A DNA stretch of 64,000 nucleotides from Alphaproteobacteria bacterium (GCA_965660545.1 CBFIAF010000004.1:76655-140654); one strand, 5' to 3'. Positions 49,889-59,220 are shown, counted from the stretch's first letter. Numbers and translations: made by a program. Notes: generated by a model from the letters alone, not told the origin.

Positions 49889-51415
49889 GTGACACCAAGT
49901 TTTCTAAAGATGACCGGGCGCATTGCAATGGCGACAGCGGCTTCCGCACTGGCGATGATGGTCGCCACTGGCGGCCCTGCATATGCGGCGAGTGCCCATG
50001 ACGACAGTCCGCGCAAGATGGATCCTAATGTCAAACCGTCAGAGCATGACTCTGATGTCTTCAAGGCGGATCCAACATACGAAGAGAAAGTGTATGACGC
50101 TGAGCGCCAACTCGAAATCTATGGCGGCAAGCGCAACATTGAGGAGCCACGCCCGATCCTAGAAGTTGGTCGTCCGCAATATGTCGAAGGTCCTTTCGAC
50201 GAAGGCATTAATGTAATTGGCGAAAAGAACCTTTTGTTCCCATCGTTTTCAGTTTTTGGTGACGTCCGTACAGCGGTAGCCGCGAATGACGTTGGCGGTG
50301 ATGTTGTGTACGAGTTTGCCAACCGCCTGAACCTGGACCTCGACCTTAAGCTAACCGCCACAGAACGTGTTCACGGCTTCTTCCGCCCGATCGACGAGAA
50401 CGGTAAGTTCATAGGATATCGGACCGGCGATAAGAGGGGCAATAATGGCCGTGACGGTAAGCTCGATGCAAACCCAGAAACATTATTCTTTGAAGGTGAT
50501 ATTGGTGCCATATATGGCGGGTTAGCAGACGAATACACAACCTTTGACCTGCCAATCGCATTTGGTTTGACACCCTTCGTCATGCAGAATGGGCTTTGGG
50601 TTGATGAGGCCTTTGTTGGGGGCGGCATATCACTCGCTGCAATGAACAGTCGTACACTTGATATCACAAACATGGACATCACCTTCTTTGGTGGTTTCGA
50701 TGAAATCGATTCACCGGCATTCGTTGGCCAGGACGGTGTCCTAGATACAGACGACGTATCAATTTATGCCGTAGCCGCTTTCGTCGATTGGTTCGAAGGC
50801 TATTCTGAGTTCGGTATCGGCTATGTCGACGGAAGAGAGCAACTCAACGATATTGACTATTTCAACTTTACCGGTGCCTATACGTCACGGTATGGCGGCT
50901 GGCTCTCCAACTCCGTCAGGCTATTTGGCGCTGTGGGTCAAGATACAAACGGCCGTGCTAAAACGGCCGATGGCTTTGCCTTACTCATAGAAAACTCTTT
51001 GATCACGTCCAAGCCAGATGTCTTTGTTCCCTATTTCAATGGCTGGGTTGGTATCGATAAGCCGCAATCCCTCGCACGCAACAACGGCGGGCTATTGAAG
51101 AACACCGGCATCACGTTCGAGAACGACGGCATGACCTCTTTTCCGACGCTGGATGATACCGCACAAGACACATTCGGTGGTGCCATCGGCGTCAACTATC
51201 TGTTCAGTCTAGACCAGCAGCTCGTGGTTGAAGCGTCTACGGTTCAAAGACTTGATACTGCCTCACCTGCTCAGGGTGGTCAGTATGCTGTTGGCTTCCG
51301 CTATCAGATCCCAGTCACGAACCGGGTTATCCTGCGTACAGACGGTATCTACGGCATTCGGGAAAGCCAGGAAGACATTGGCGGCGTTCGCTTCGAGCTG
51401 CGCGTTAAATTCTAA
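49889..51415 (+). CDS. Outer-membrane beta-barrel protein (porin-like; candidate cytochrome conduit)
   Basis: Signal peptide (MTGRIAMATAASALAMMVATGGPAYAASA), alternating amphipathic beta-strand pattern, Gly/aromatic-rich, and a C-terminal ...RFELRVKF ending in Phe, the OMP sorting signature. Confidence 0.65.
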   Translation: MTPSFLKMTGRIAMATAASALAMMVATGGPAYAASAHDDSPRKMDPNVKPSEHDSDVFKADPTYEEKVYDAERQLEIYGGKRNIEEPRPILEVGRPQYVEGPFDEGINVIGEKNLLFPSFSVFGDVRTAVAANDVGGDVVYEFANRLNLDLDLKLTATERVHGFFRPIDENGKFIGYRTGDKRGNNGRDGKLDANPETLFFEGDIGAIYGGLADEYTTFDLPIAFGLTPFVMQNGLWVDEAFVGGGISLAAMNSRTLDITNMDITFFGGFDEIDSPAFVGQDGVLDTDDVSIYAVAAFVDWFEGYSEFGIGYVDGREQLNDIDYFNFTGAYTSRYGGWLSNSVRLFGAVGQDTNGRAKTADGFALLIENSLITSKPDVFVPYFNGWVGIDKPQSLARNNGGLLKNTGITFENDGMTSFPTLDDTAQDTFGGAIGVNYLFSLDQQLVVEASTVQRLDTASPAQGGQYAVGFRYQIPVTNRVILRTDGIYGIRESQEDIGGVRFELRVKF

Positions 51416-51463
51416 TCACGATCGTATTGCTAGCCAAAATGGCACCGAGATTGGGGAAGAACG

Positions 51464-52729
51464 ATGGATAATTTGGCGAACTATGTCGCCATAGGTGCAG
51501 CCGGGCTGCTGGGCCTTTACATTTTGTCTCTGCTGATGGGCTCGCTCCGTCAGCAGAGCCAAATGGCGCGGCATTATGAGGAACAATCACAGCTATTCCG
51601 CGCACGTGCGGAAGGCTTGCAGAGGATCCGTGCTGAAGAGATCGAGAAAACCCAAAACACCTGGGCAGGCCTTCGGAAATTCAAAGTTGCCCGTAAGATC
51701 AATGAGATCACAGATTGCCACTCCATCTACCTTGAACCTCATGACGGTCGGCCCCTACCGCCGTTTGAGCCAGGCCAGTTTCTAACGTTCAAGTTTGCTG
51801 TGCCCGATCAGCCTAGCGACGTAATACGTTGCTACTCCCTGTCAGACGCACCTGGCCGTGACTACTACAGGATTACCGTCAAGAAGGTGCCACCGCCCCG
51901 TGGCAAGCCTGAAATAGCACCTGGTGTGTCCTCCACCTTCGTAAATGAAGTCTTGAATGAAGGCGATATAATTGATGTACGTGCGCCCAATGGCGGCTTC
52001 TATCTGAAGCGTGAACATAAACGTCCAGTCGTCCTAATCGGTGGCGGCGTTGGCATCACACCAGTGCTCAGCATGCTGAACTACATTGTGGAGCATGAGC
52101 CGCAGCGGGAAACATGGTTCTTCTTTGGGGCGCCCAATAAAGCCGGCCATATTATGAAGGATCACCTAGCCCAAATTGCTGCGGAAAATCCTAATATCCG
52201 CATGAACATTTGCTACAGCGACCCATCAGATGACGATGTGTTTGGGGAAGATTACGACCATCACGCCCGCGTTTCCGTAGAGCTGTTCAAGAAAGTCCTG
52301 CCTTCTAACAATTTCGAATATTACTTCTGCGGCCCACCGCCAATGATGAATGCGCTTGATGCGGACCTCAAAGCTTGGGGCGTACCAGAAGCCGATATTC
52401 ACTCTGAAGGCTTTGGCCCTGCTTCAGTTAAGAAGCCCAAACCACCTGCTGTAGAAGGTGCTGCAGAATTAGCATCTGTATCGGTAACGTTTGCTAAATC
52501 TGGCAAGACATTGGATTGGACGCCTGCTGCTGGAACAATTCTTGATTTGGCGGAAGCAAACGGTGTTGATGTTGCTTCGGGTTGCCGGGCCGGCAGCTGT
52601 GGTACTTGCCTCACCGCCGTTATAGAAGGCGATGTGGATTACGCAACGCCGCCAGACGCTCCGATCGAAAATGGCTCTTGCCTCGCGTGTGTCGGCACCC
52701 CGAAAGGGCCAATCAAGATAAACGCCTAA
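51464..52729 (+). CDS. Membrane-anchored FNR-family flavoprotein reductase with C-terminal plant-type [2Fe-2S] ferredoxin domain
   Basis: N-terminal TM helix (VAIGAAGLLGLYILSLLMGS), FAD motif RCYSLSD, NAD(P) motif GGGVGITP, C-terminal CRAGSCGTCL...CLACV 2Fe-2S motif. Last gene of the operon. Confidence 0.75.
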   Translation: MDNLANYVAIGAAGLLGLYILSLLMGSLRQQSQMARHYEEQSQLFRARAEGLQRIRAEEIEKTQNTWAGLRKFKVARKINEITDCHSIYLEPHDGRPLPPFEPGQFLTFKFAVPDQPSDVIRCYSLSDAPGRDYYRITVKKVPPPRGKPEIAPGVSSTFVNEVLNEGDIIDVRAPNGGFYLKREHKRPVVLIGGGVGITPVLSMLNYIVEHEPQRETWFFFGAPNKAGHIMKDHLAQIAAENPNIRMNICYSDPSDDDVFGEDYDHHARVSVELFKKVLPSNNFEYYFCGPPPMMNALDADLKAWGVPEADIHSEGFGPASVKKPKPPAVEGAAELASVSVTFAKSGKTLDWTPAAGTILDLAEANGVDVASGCRAGSCGTCLTAVIEGDVDYATPPDAPIENGSCLACVGTPKGPIKINA

Positions 52730-52752
52730 ACCAAGTTCGATCTGAAAAGATT

Positions 52753-52790
52753 ACGGTCCGCAACCAACTGGTTTCGGGCCGTATTTTTTT
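52753..52790 (+). terminator. Rho-independent terminator closing the cytochrome operon (possibly bidirectional)
   Basis: Stem ACGGTCCG...CGGGCCGT followed by ATTTTTTT, 24 nt after the reductase stop. The convergent CoA-transferase gene ends at 52822. Confidence 0.6.
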
Positions 52791-52821
52791 GAATGCCAAT
52801 CTAGTCAGGCAAGGGCAGAGG

Positions 52822-54024
52822 CTAAACGATCCCACTTGCCTTCAGTGATGCAATATCCTCACTGGAAAGGTTGAGGACTTCACAAAGGATTTCATCCGTG
52901 TGATGCCCAATAGGCGGACCGGCATGGGCAATCCGCCCAGGCGTGCCCGTTAGATTAGGAGAAACCCCAGGCATTGGTATGTCGCCCAATTCCTCATCCG
53001 GAACGGTCACAATGTTCTTGCGGGCCTCAAAATGGGGATCTTCAGCGATATCAGCGGCGGTATAGATCCCGCCGAAGGGTACATTGCCGCCAACAAGCCG
53101 CGCTTCGATCTCCGCGAAGGCGTGCGCGCTAATCCAATCTCCCAGCAGCGCTTCAAGTTCATCAGCCCGCTCAATTCTGGCAGCGCTTTGGGCGTAGCGG
53201 GGATCTGTCGCAAGTTCTGGCATGCCAATGGCGTCTGCCAATCTTTTAAACACGCCATCACCACCAGCCGCAATCTGGACGTAGCGCCCATCTTTGGTTT
53301 CGAATGTCCCGGCGGGAGAGAATGTAGGATTGCGGTTGCCAATTCGCTCCCGGACCTCCCCATTCATCATATACTTGGAGATTAGGTCTGCTGTAATGCG
53401 GAATGGCGCTTCGTAGAGGCCAAGGTCAATCATCTGCCCCACTCCCCCCTGCGCATCACGCTGATAGAGCGCTAACATCGCTGAAAGCGCACCAAAAGTG
53501 CCGGTATTATAGTCTGCCGTCGGAAAAGCAGGGCGAACGGGGAAGCGATCTGGGAACCCGGTTGGGTACATATAGCCCGAGAAACCAAGCGCAATCCGAT
53601 CATAGCCCGATCGCTTGGAGTATGGCCCCGTTTGCCCATAACCAGACACGCGAACCATAATCAGACGTGGATTAACGGCCTTTAGGTCTTCCCAGCCTAT
53701 ATTCCATCGCTCCAACGTGCCCGGCGTGAAGTTCTCCATCACGATGTCTGCAGTCGCGGCCAGGTCCCTTAGAATCTTCTGGCCTTCAGGAACCCGCAGA
53801 TTGAGCGTGATCGATTTCTTGTTGCGGCCCTCGATTAGCCAGTTTGGTGGTCGACCAGCTGCACCATCAACAGGCGTGCCACGCAACGCATCGCCGCGAC
53901 CAGGCTGCTCGACTTTAATGACCTCAGCGCCAAAATCGCCAAGCAACGTGGCACCGAACGGTCCAGCAATCAGCGTGCCGATGTCCAGCACACGCACACC
54001 GGCAAGTGGCAAGGGCGTCGTCAT
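52822..54024 (-). CDS. CaiB/BaiF family III CoA-transferase
   Basis: N-terminus MTTPLPLAGVRVLDIGTLIAGPFGATLLGDFGAEVIKVEQP is the family signature. 400 aa. Confidence 0.85.
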   Translation of the reverse strand: MTTPLPLAGVRVLDIGTLIAGPFGATLLGDFGAEVIKVEQPGRGDALRGTPVDGAAGRPPNWLIEGRNKKSITLNLRVPEGQKILRDLAATADIVMENFTPGTLERWNIGWEDLKAVNPRLIMVRVSGYGQTGPYSKRSGYDRIALGFSGYMYPTGFPDRFPVRPAFPTADYNTGTFGALSAMLALYQRDAQGGVGQMIDLGLYEAPFRITADLISKYMMNGEVRERIGNRNPTFSPAGTFETKDGRYVQIAAGGDGVFKRLADAIGMPELATDPRYAQSAARIERADELEALLGDWISAHAFAEIEARLVGGNVPFGGIYTAADIAEDPHFEARKNIVTVPDEELGDIPMPGVSPNLTGTPGRIAHAGPPIGHHTDEILCEVLNLSSEDIASLKASGIV

Positions 54025-54065
54025 GGTGATTGGCCTTTATCTTTGGATTAACTACAGGCAGTGCG

Positions 54066-54377
54066 TTATGCGTCAGACATCACGTGGATGACCCGGTCGG
54101 CTAGCATTTCTTTCGTGCTGGCACCGTAGGCCTTCATATGGAGGGATCCAGCGTGCGCGCCAAGCGCGGACATGCTGGCCCACTTTTCTACAACGACGAA
54201 AGTATCGTCGCCATATTTAGCTGCGAATCCGGCGTCAGCGCAGTCAATGGTGGCCCCATATTCGATGCAGCCGTCTTCTTCTAACACTGCAGGCACATTT
54301 GCCCTGAATAGCTTAAGCACTTCGTCGCGCTTACCAGGCTTAGTGGTGATAACGGCGAGGACGTGGACACGGGACAT
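54066..54377 (-). CDS. Antibiotic-biosynthesis-monooxygenase (ABM) domain protein / putative quinol monooxygenase
   Basis: 103 aa ferredoxin-like ABM fold (VHVLAVITTKPGKRDEVLKLF...VVVEKWASMSALGAH). Confidence 0.65.
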   Translation of the reverse strand: MSRVHVLAVITTKPGKRDEVLKLFRANVPAVLEEDGCIEYGATIDCADAGFAAKYGDDTFVVVEKWASMSALGAHAGSLHMKAYGASTKEMLADRVIHVMSDA

Positions 54378-54512
54378 GGGGGTTCCTTCCAGTTTGAATT
54401 AATGGAGAAGCCTAGGCGCCCAGCCAATGCTGTCAACGGCACCTGCATGGCGAAGCTTTGCCCGCCATGACTAACAAGAAAAGGGAAAGGTGCCTAAAGC
54501 CGCAGAATAAAA

Positions 54513-54587
54513 TGGTGACCCCAACGGGGATCGAACCCGTGTTTCCGGCGTGAAAGGCCAGCGTCCTAACCGCTAGACGATAGGGCC
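54513..54587 (-). tRNA. tRNA-Glu (anticodon TTC)
   Basis: Reverse complement GGCCCTATCGTCTAGCGGTTAGGACGCTGGCCTTTCACGCCGGAAACACGGGTTCGATCCCCGTTGGGGTCACCA. Anticodon loop CUUUCAC, T-loop GGTTCGATCC, encoded CCA. Confidence 0.85.
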
Positions 54588-55045
54588 AAGGCGGCGTTTA
54601 GGCTAAAGGGATGTAGCGCTGTTATGCATGGAAAGCAAGCACCGAAAGCTGCAAAAATTCAGACCTGAGACATGGAGCCACAGTCTGCCCTAGTTCTACT
54701 GCCCGGCCTATATTATCAAGCGGCAGGAAAATAAGGGATCTGTCCGTCACGTAGACCCTATTGCGCCGAACCGGATGAAGCTGCACATCGCTCAAACCCA
54801 TCACTGCAATATGGATCGCGACACTTCTCATATTGATAGGCTTTGGGCAGATATCGCTCGCGCAAACCCCAATTGGCGATGCTTCTGCTCCATCCATTCG
54901 AGCTGCTAATGTTGCAGCTAATTCATCCGTCCCGAATACAGACTTGGCAGTTCCGGATAACCGCTAGGAACAGCTACTGCTCTCAGCTAGAGACTACATC
55001 GCCAGCGGTAAGTCGATCCAATCACAAACCGCACTCTAGAAGGAA

Positions 55046-55499
55046 TTGCTGGACGACGTTCATACTTCCGCCAAATCGTTACGCCAGGCTTCACTAGCTG
55101 TTATGAGTGACGTCGAAGCTCTTCTGGAGGCGCATGACCTACAAGTGCTGCTCATCCTGACAGACCGGGCACGTAATACTGCGGGCCTGTGGAGAAGCAG
55201 ATTTTGCACTGGCCGGCAGGCGTTTGCCTTCAAAAGCCAATAGGCAGCTCTTGCTGGCGATCAACGATATCGATCACCCCAAAACCAATGTGGAGTCGCC
55301 GCAAACCAACGGTATTTGCGAGCAATTCCACAAAACCATTCTGCAGGAGTTCTCTTAGACCGCCTTTCGCAAAAAGCTCTACGAAACCATCGAGGCGCTG
55401 CAGGCCGGTCTCGATGAATGGCTGAACCAATACAACACTGAACGCACCCATCGAGGCAAAATGAGTTGCGACGGAACCCCGTTCCAGACCATGAATTAG
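55046..55499 (+). mobile_element. Decayed IS transposase remnant (rve/DDE integrase-core C-terminal part with frameshift and in-frame stop)
   Basis: 55269-55499 translates to ...SPQTNGICEQFHKTILQEFS*TAFRKKLYETIEALQAGLDEWLNQYNTERTHRGKMSCDGTPFQTMN, matching the conserved C-terminus of IS3/IS481-type transposases but with an in-frame TAG. An upstream piece (LILTDRARNTAG) lies in another frame. It sits about 460 bp from tRNA-Glu. Confidence 0.55.
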
Positions 55500-55628
55500 G
55501 GCAAAGACATCCTGAAGGAAAAGTTCATAGCCTGAACACCACCTGGCAGACGTCGCCTCAAATACGGCCAACTGTCAGATCATGTCTGCACTAATACATC
55601 TTAGCATTCTGCAACCAAGCAAGCGCCA

Positions 55629-56135
55629 CTATTGCTGCAGAGACTGTAATCCGGCGGTCAAGCCGCGCAAGGAAAATGGCAGCTGAATCGCCTCACGCCG
55701 TAAGTCATAAAACATTAACCAACCATTGGCGCCGGCCTGCATCGCGGCCAAAAGCTGCGGCTCAACATCAAGCTCGACATGACACCCTCGCTTGTCGCAG
55801 AACTTAAATGCCCCCCAGCCATCTACGCCTTGGTCCGTGCGCACACGCAAACCATCCGGCAGGTGAACAGCGCCAAGCGGCATGTTAATCACCACAACCG
55901 GCCCACTTTTCCCAGACTTGAAGCCGAGTGTGATGTTCGCCACCTGCTTGCCTTGGTATGAGACCCGCTGGAACACAAAACAGACCTCCTGCCGTTGCCC
56001 CCCAGCTTCACAGGCTTCCGTCCAATCCCGGAATGTCCGCCCGGTTTGGCGCACTGACTGCGCCTCAGCAACACTGCTCAAAACGACAAGCATCGCCAAT
56101 GCCATTACCGTGACGGTTTGAACTGCTCGAATCAT
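55629..56135 (-). CDS. Invasion-associated locus B (IalB) family protein
   Basis: Signal peptide and IalB-like sequence (WTEACEAGGQRQEVCFVFQRV...). 168 aa. Confidence 0.75.
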   Translation of the reverse strand: MIRAVQTVTVMALAMLVVLSSVAEAQSVRQTGRTFRDWTEACEAGGQRQEVCFVFQRVSYQGKQVANITLGFKSGKSGPVVVINMPLGAVHLPDGLRVRTDQGVDGWGAFKFCDKRGCHVELDVEPQLLAAMQAGANGWLMFYDLRREAIQLPFSLRGLTAGLQSLQQ

Positions 56136-56206
56136 GAATTGGCCTCACTCGTATATTGCAGGGGCGCTCATTCTCCATCGCCCGAGAATCGTGTATTTAT
56201 CACGCG

Positions 56207-56665
56207 ATGCGCCCCCTGTCCCCCGATAATCAAGCCTTGGATGCAGCATTCGCCGCTGCCCGTGAAGCCGCCGTCCAGGGTGAGGCACCGATCGGCGCGG
56301 CTATCGTGCACCGGGGTAAAGTGATTGTGCAGACGCATAATCTAGTAGAAACCACACCGGACCCGACGGCCCACGCTGAAATTCTTGCCCTTCGCCAAGC
56401 CGCCGTTCTTCTCGGCGACGCACGCCTGCCAGAATGCGATTTGTTCGTGACATTGGAGCCTTGCGCCATGTGTGCAGGCGCAATTGAGCATGCCCGCATT
56501 CGGCGTTTGGTTTTTGCAGCCTATGACCCAAAAGGTGGGGCAGTCGATCATGGTCCCCGCGTGTTTCAGCGGCCCACGTGCCGACACGCACCAGATGTTA
56601 TTGGCGGTATTCGAGAAGCAGAGTCCCGTAAAATGCTGCAAGCTTTCTTTAAAACCCTTAGATAG
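56207..56665 (+). CDS. tadA: tRNA-specific adenosine(34) deaminase TadA
   Basis: CDA zinc motifs HAEILALRQA and TLEPCAMCAGAI. The start is set at the ATG at 56207 (the ORF starts at 56156). Confidence 0.85.
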   Translation: MRPLSPDNQALDAAFAAAREAAVQGEAPIGAAIVHRGKVIVQTHNLVETTPDPTAHAEILALRQAAVLLGDARLPECDLFVTLEPCAMCAGAIEHARIRRLVFAAYDPKGGAVDHGPRVFQRPTCRHAPDVIGGIREAESRKMLQAFFKTLR

Positions 56666-57427
56666 TTAGCGGGGAATTAATTGGTTCCCGCCATGCTGAT
56701 CCATCCCCCGCATCAAATATACGGGGCGCATGGAATGATCTACAATATTGCGCGCCTTTGCATCTGCCGCTGCAATCTCACGATCAAACAGGCTCGTTGT
56801 TGGCATGAACCGCATCGTCAATCCTCGACGCGGATTAGGGGACGTGTTCGCTTCAGACCCATGCAGCAGAAACACATCATGCAAGGATATCTGGCCAGCT
56901 TTTAACACGAGATCAACGGCATTTGCCTCGTCATATGTAGAAGGATCAAGCTCCTCAAACAAGGTAACGTCGGCGTCTTCATTGAGCGCATTATGGGCCT
57001 TGATGGCCCGGTCTTTGTGGGAGCCGCGAATAATACGCAGGCAGCCGTTTTCTATGGTCGCATCATCAACGGCAAGCCATGCAGTGCAAGTTGCAAGCGG
57101 GCGGATCGGCCAGAACTTACCGTCCTGATGCCAAGGCGTACGCTGACCATTCGACGCAGGCTTTGCAAAGAAGCTTGAATTCCAAAGCGCGAGATCCTGC
57201 CCAATCAGCTGCGCGACCATATCCAAGATCGCAGCATTGTCACAAATCTCAACAAACGCCTCATCTTGATCCAGCAGAGCCGGGCAGTAGTTCCGAAAAT
57301 CTGGGCGACGCTCCACCAAGGCTGCATGCCGTTCTTTCACGCGGTCTAGAATGGATTCCGGCATTTGGAAATCTGGAATCACGTAACCATGCTCGTGATA
57401 ATGCTCTATCTGCATGTCGTTAAGCAT
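56666..57427 (-). CDS. Phytanoyl-CoA dioxygenase (PhyH) family Fe(II)/2OG oxygenase
   Basis: MLNDMQIEHYHEHGYVIPDF N-terminus and HxD...H facial-triad region (WHQDGKFW ... LHGSEANTS). AGGAGG RBS before the ATG at 57427. Confidence 0.75.
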   Translation of the reverse strand: MLNDMQIEHYHEHGYVIPDFQMPESILDRVKERHAALVERRPDFRNYCPALLDQDEAFVEICDNAAILDMVAQLIGQDLALWNSSFFAKPASNGQRTPWHQDGKFWPIRPLATCTAWLAVDDATIENGCLRIIRGSHKDRAIKAHNALNEDADVTLFEELDPSTYDEANAVDLVLKAGQISLHDVFLLHGSEANTSPNPRRGLTMRFMPTTSLFDREIAAADAKARNIVDHSMRPVYLMRGMDQHGGNQLIPR

Positions 57428-57715
57428 ATCTGCACCTCCTGCCCATCTTCGGCCCATCTTACGTGATTAGGCGAGCCGTTTTGATTGGACATAAGTCTAG
57501 CAGTGTCCATACCGCTTTTGACACGACAAAAAAGAAATGGCCTCAAGCACGCATTATTGAGCTCGAAGCCATTTCAATATCAGGCAGCTTAGGCTGTGCC
57601 AGCCCGTTCCAAAGGTCGCGCTAGCCTAGAACTTTATGCGGTAACCAGCGCCAACAAGGAACGTATCGTCGATTTCGATGCCGTTTGATTCAACTTCAAT
57701 CCACGAATACTAAGC

Positions 57716-58216
57716 TCACAAACGGATGAAATTGTATACGTTCAGCGGAATATCGATACCCAGAAGAGTCCCATAGGTAAGCGCGTCTTCATCGAAGTTG
57801 GTCCCGCGGGAATCCGCATCAAAATAAACATAGCCGCCTTGCACACCAGCGTAGGGAACCATGTGATCAAGGCTATCGAAGAAATAGCTGACGCGTGGTT
57901 CAAGCCCAAACGAGGTTGCGCTTGTTTGACCAAAGTCAAAAAGTGATACGTCGGCACCAATGCTGACTGCGACATTGTCCGTAACAAAATAACAAATTTC
58001 GAACGACAAAGCCCCTACAGCAGCCGTGTGGTCGTCGCCGTTGGTTTCAACATAAATAGGCAGACGCACCGACGGCGCCTTGCACTGTCCAATCGCCTGC
58101 GGTGAAAATTAATCATAAGAAACCTTTGGGCCCTTCGCCCGCGCGCTCGTCGCGCTCAAGGAAAATGCGGCAAACACCGCAGCGACACTGGCAGTCAAAG
58201 GAGCAATTTTCGGCAT
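57716..58216 (-). pseudogene. Small outer-membrane beta-barrel protein (OmpW/OmpA-barrel-like) interrupted by an in-frame TAA
   Basis: The ATG at 58216 encodes a Sec signal peptide (MPKIAPLTASVAAVFAAFSLSATSA) in the same frame as the annotated 117 aa ORF (57716-58069, beta-barrel-like). The two are separated only by a TAA at 58109-58111. Confidence 0.55.
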
Positions 58217-58550
58217 CGGGACTTACTCTCGGTTAGATGCAGTTCTTTTGCATCAAAGTTCGAAAATGCCATAAAGTCCCAACTGAAAGCAGGCGGCGTA
58301 ATAATTGTCTGTGGTAGGATTTACTGACTCATACCATCGGTCCTTGACACTATAGCCTCAATCTTCAATCAACGCAGCGCATCCACTGATAGCCCGACGC
58401 ACACCCAGCGCGATCCAAGGCTTCTCGCCGCGCCGATGCTGCTGGGCCAGGTGCGGTGAAGAATGTGCAGTAGCCAGTGAACAGGTGCGTGAAGCCAATC
58501 CAGCAGGCCTTAAGGGCAATATGCGATGTCCGAAGGGTCTCTCGCCTTGA

Positions 58551-58862
58551 TCAAATGCTGTCGGCACTGTCAGCGGCTGGCGGGTTCCATTGGCCTTTAT
58601 TCAGTCGCCGGAGACGAACAGACTGGAACACACCTGCTTTCACGAATGGTTCAGCAGCAACAATCGCTTCCGCAGATGGCAGATCTGGCAGGTTAATGAT
58701 CCACACACTGCCGTCCTTCGCGTCGTCGGCACTGAAGGTCACGCCGCCGAGCACAACAATATCCGCATGGGCGGCAAGATATTCCAGGTGCGTTTGGCGT
58801 ATTGATGCGCGCACTTCCGACATGCCCGGCTTATCAACGCAGGTCACGACATAGAGCGGCAT
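58551..58862 (-). CDS. YciI family protein
   Basis: 103 aa, MPLYVVTCVDKPG...HLEYL pattern of the YCII-related domain. Confidence 0.7.
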   Translation of the reverse strand: MPLYVVTCVDKPGMSEVRASIRQTHLEYLAAHADIVVLGGVTFSADDAKDGSVWIINLPDLPSAEAIVAAEPFVKAGVFQSVRLRRLNKGQWNPPAADSADSI

Positions 58863-58875
58863 CGCTAGATATCCG

Positions 58876-59094
58876 CTATTTGTGGCGGAACGTGATCCGA
58901 CCCTTGGTCAGATCATAGGGCGTCATCTCTACGGAGACTTTGTCTCCTGGCATCACGCGGATACGGAACTTTCGCATTTTCCCAGCGAGCCTTGCGATTA
59001 CTTCATGTTCGTTCTCAAGCTTAACTCGGAACATTGCGTTCGGCAGTTTTTCAACGACCTCGCCTTCAAACTCGATTAAATCTTCTTTCGGCAT
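58876..59094 (-). CDS. infA: Translation initiation factor IF-1
   Basis: 72 aa S1-like OB fold with near-canonical IF-1 sequence ([32 protein letters not shown]...MPGDKV). Confidence 0.95.
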   Translation of the reverse strand: MPKEDLIEFEGEVVEKLPNAMFRVKLENEHEVIARLAGKMRKFRIRVMPGDKVSVEMTPYDLTKGRITFRHK

Positions 59095-59220
59095 ACGTCT
59101 TCCAAGCGTGTTTCCTCCAAAAATGCTGAGAGTGTTCTACATAGCTTAGGCGCAAGAGAGAAGCCATCATCGATTGCTATAAAAATTTGATTTACGGCTG
59201 GCACCCCTAAAGTGCTGGCA

